From Hypanus sabinus (taxonomy: Eukaryota), in contig NC_082709.1 of assembly GCF_030144855.1 (NCBI RefSeq), positions 149,234,001 to 149,298,000 of the forward strand: a stretch of 64,000 nt of DNA, given 5' to 3'. The notes under the pieces were generated by a model. The model saw only the letters and a list, made by a program, of their open reading frames with translations, ran no database searches and was not told the DNA's origin. The first letter of the stretch is position 1. The number at the start of each line of letters is the position of its first letter. The position numbers and the translations under genes were made by a program. This document shows, piece by piece, positions 62,145 through 64,000 of the stretch.

Positions 62145-64000
62145 AACATAGGAAACAGAAACTAATGAAGGTGGCACAGCTCCTGAAATTGATGTCTTCT
62201 TTCAATGAACTCTTGACCAATAGCACATCTGTGACCGGTTCCCGATTCCCTGGGGCTCATAATCCTATTGATCTCAATAAATGAGCATTGTGTGTGCCTG
62301 TTGAGCCAGAGAACTCCAAACTTGGTCAATATTTTTCTTTCCATCACAATTTTGGATGACTGAAGCTAGTGGTGGATTATTTTGTAAAAGCGAACAGTCT
62401 CCCGTCAGTTCCTTTTTGAATCTTATGTTTCATAAAGAGATCTGCTCACTTTCTCTTCACAGGACCACTCTTTCATCTCAAGAATCGGTCTAGGGAATCT
62501 ATGCTTGACTGAATCCAAGATGGATTCATGCTTTCTTTAATAAGGAGGCATGTGCTCCAAACATGGTTTCATAATATCAGAAAACTAGCTTGAATTTGAA
62601 TTCCAAATTCTTTGCAATGAACACCCATTTCGTTTCTACTTTCCTATTTGCTTGCTATACTTGCATGTTTCTTTTTTACATCTCAGGAACTAATACTTTA
62701 AGACTTAACACACCAATAATTTTACATTCTCACTTAATAAAAGGACTGAGAATTTCTTGTGAGCAATGAAATTATGGCAGTCCTCATCACCACCCTTCCC
62801 TTTCTATCACCATCCACACCAGCATGGACCTTCAGGTAGCAACGTCATCCATCATGTTGGCCTAGTGCTCGGTGAAGACCTATAGAACATAGTCTTCAGC
62901 AAATACAGGTGTCATGGGGCCAGGCTTAAATTTGCTCTGACTATAGAACTGCTTTGACAACCATCCAAGTGTGATATTAATCAGCTGTTTTCAAACTTTT
63001 GAACCACCAACAAACTTTTAATTCAATTAAAAATAAGGACCCCCAATTAATTCAAGAAGTTGAAAAATGAGCTGAAAGCAGCCTCTCTCTATCAGAGCCA
63101 TTATTGTCAACAGAGAGAATTGAGCTGCAGAATCTGGTAGTGCAGTGAACAAATATTCCAATAGTATTTTTAGGAACCTGCAAGAAATTGGTGCTGTATC
63201 ACAAGGAGTCCATTGTCAGGGAGCAACAGGGAATTAATTAGCAACGAGGATGTTTTGGACTTCTGCATTGGCACTGGAGCCTGTAACATGCTGACAACTA
63301 TAGACGGAAGAGCATTTCTTAGGAAAACCTGTTTCTTTATCCTTCAGACCAAATATTTTCAAGATTATACTCCATCTGCCACTTTCCTGCCAACTTGTTT
63401 GACCTGCCCACAACTATTTGCAGGTCCTTTGTTTCTTCTTCAAAGCTCAGCTACCCACTTGGATCAAGGGTGCTATAACTCAGCTCTTCACCTAAAGCCA
63501 TTAATAGATTTGAACCTCCTACTGCTTCCCGAGGCAGTCACTCATGCCAACTTTCCAGTCAGACAGTGGTTTGCTTATTCTGTATCTCACTTCATGGCTC
63601 CAATATTTCAAAACAGTCAATCATTGTTCATTCAATGGGAAGTCCAACTGATTAATACTTTAAATGCTTAAGACACAACACAATGCTAAATTAATCCATT
63701 ATATTTTCATATGCATTTAAAATTAATCTTATTAATAAATACAATACATTTTAGATTTAATCATATTTGTTATAGTTAATTTTTGATAAGAAGGAACAAA
63801 GAATAGGAAATATTAGTGGCATTACTCCTTTGTGCCTGCTCCACCATTTGACAAAATAGGGAAATTCATTTATTATTGCCACATATAGTGTGGTGCAGCG
63901 AAAACTTTATCTTGCATGTTCATTACAACAGTGCATTGAGGCTGTACAAGATAAAACAGTAACAGAATGAAGAATGGAGTGTTACAGAGAAATTGCAGTG

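Noticed and set aside
63213-63671. 152-aa ORF near the window end
   Set aside because: It has a non-ATG start and no splice or domain support. A short stretch resembles a decayed LINE endonuclease, too weak to annotate.

Overview
Eukaryotic, intron-rich and repeat-dense DNA. The repeat families and immune gene types suggest a cartilaginous fish, probably a ray (inference). Two + strand immunoglobulin-superfamily genes were reconstructed by hand from splice sites and exon phases. (1) A B7/butyrophilin-like gene: leader 14896-14944, IgV 17343-17684, IgC 20662-20931. Its V domain lacks the canonical F-strand cysteine, and I found no convincing in-frame transmembrane exon. (2) About 9-13 kb downstream, a 7-exon non-rearranging antigen-receptor-like gene: leader 33560-33608, germline-joined VJ 33702-34034, two near-identical C1 exons 34892-35185 and 35910-36203, TM 49229-49330, a basic cytoplasmic exon 50219-50325 and a tandem-ITIM exon 61878-62144. 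These splice in frame to 1446 nt (481 aa plus stop), giving a VJ-C1-C1-TM-ITIM inhibitory receptor with SIRP-alpha-like architecture but Ig/TCR-like domains. Upstream of the first B7-like coding exon lies a young, internally deleted class I endogenous retrovirus (6145-9690; 444-bp LTRs with 3 differences, tRNA-Pro PBS, GATAG target-site duplication) that keeps one 725-aa Gag-RT fusion ORF. Introns hold CR1, Rex1/Babar-like and L1 LINE fragments, SINEs, a MITE and several solo LTRs, one of them carrying a 67-bp minisatellite and a tRNA-like segment. Most short ORFs in the supplied track are LINE debris or spurious. Family assignments come from motif recognition; no database search was run.
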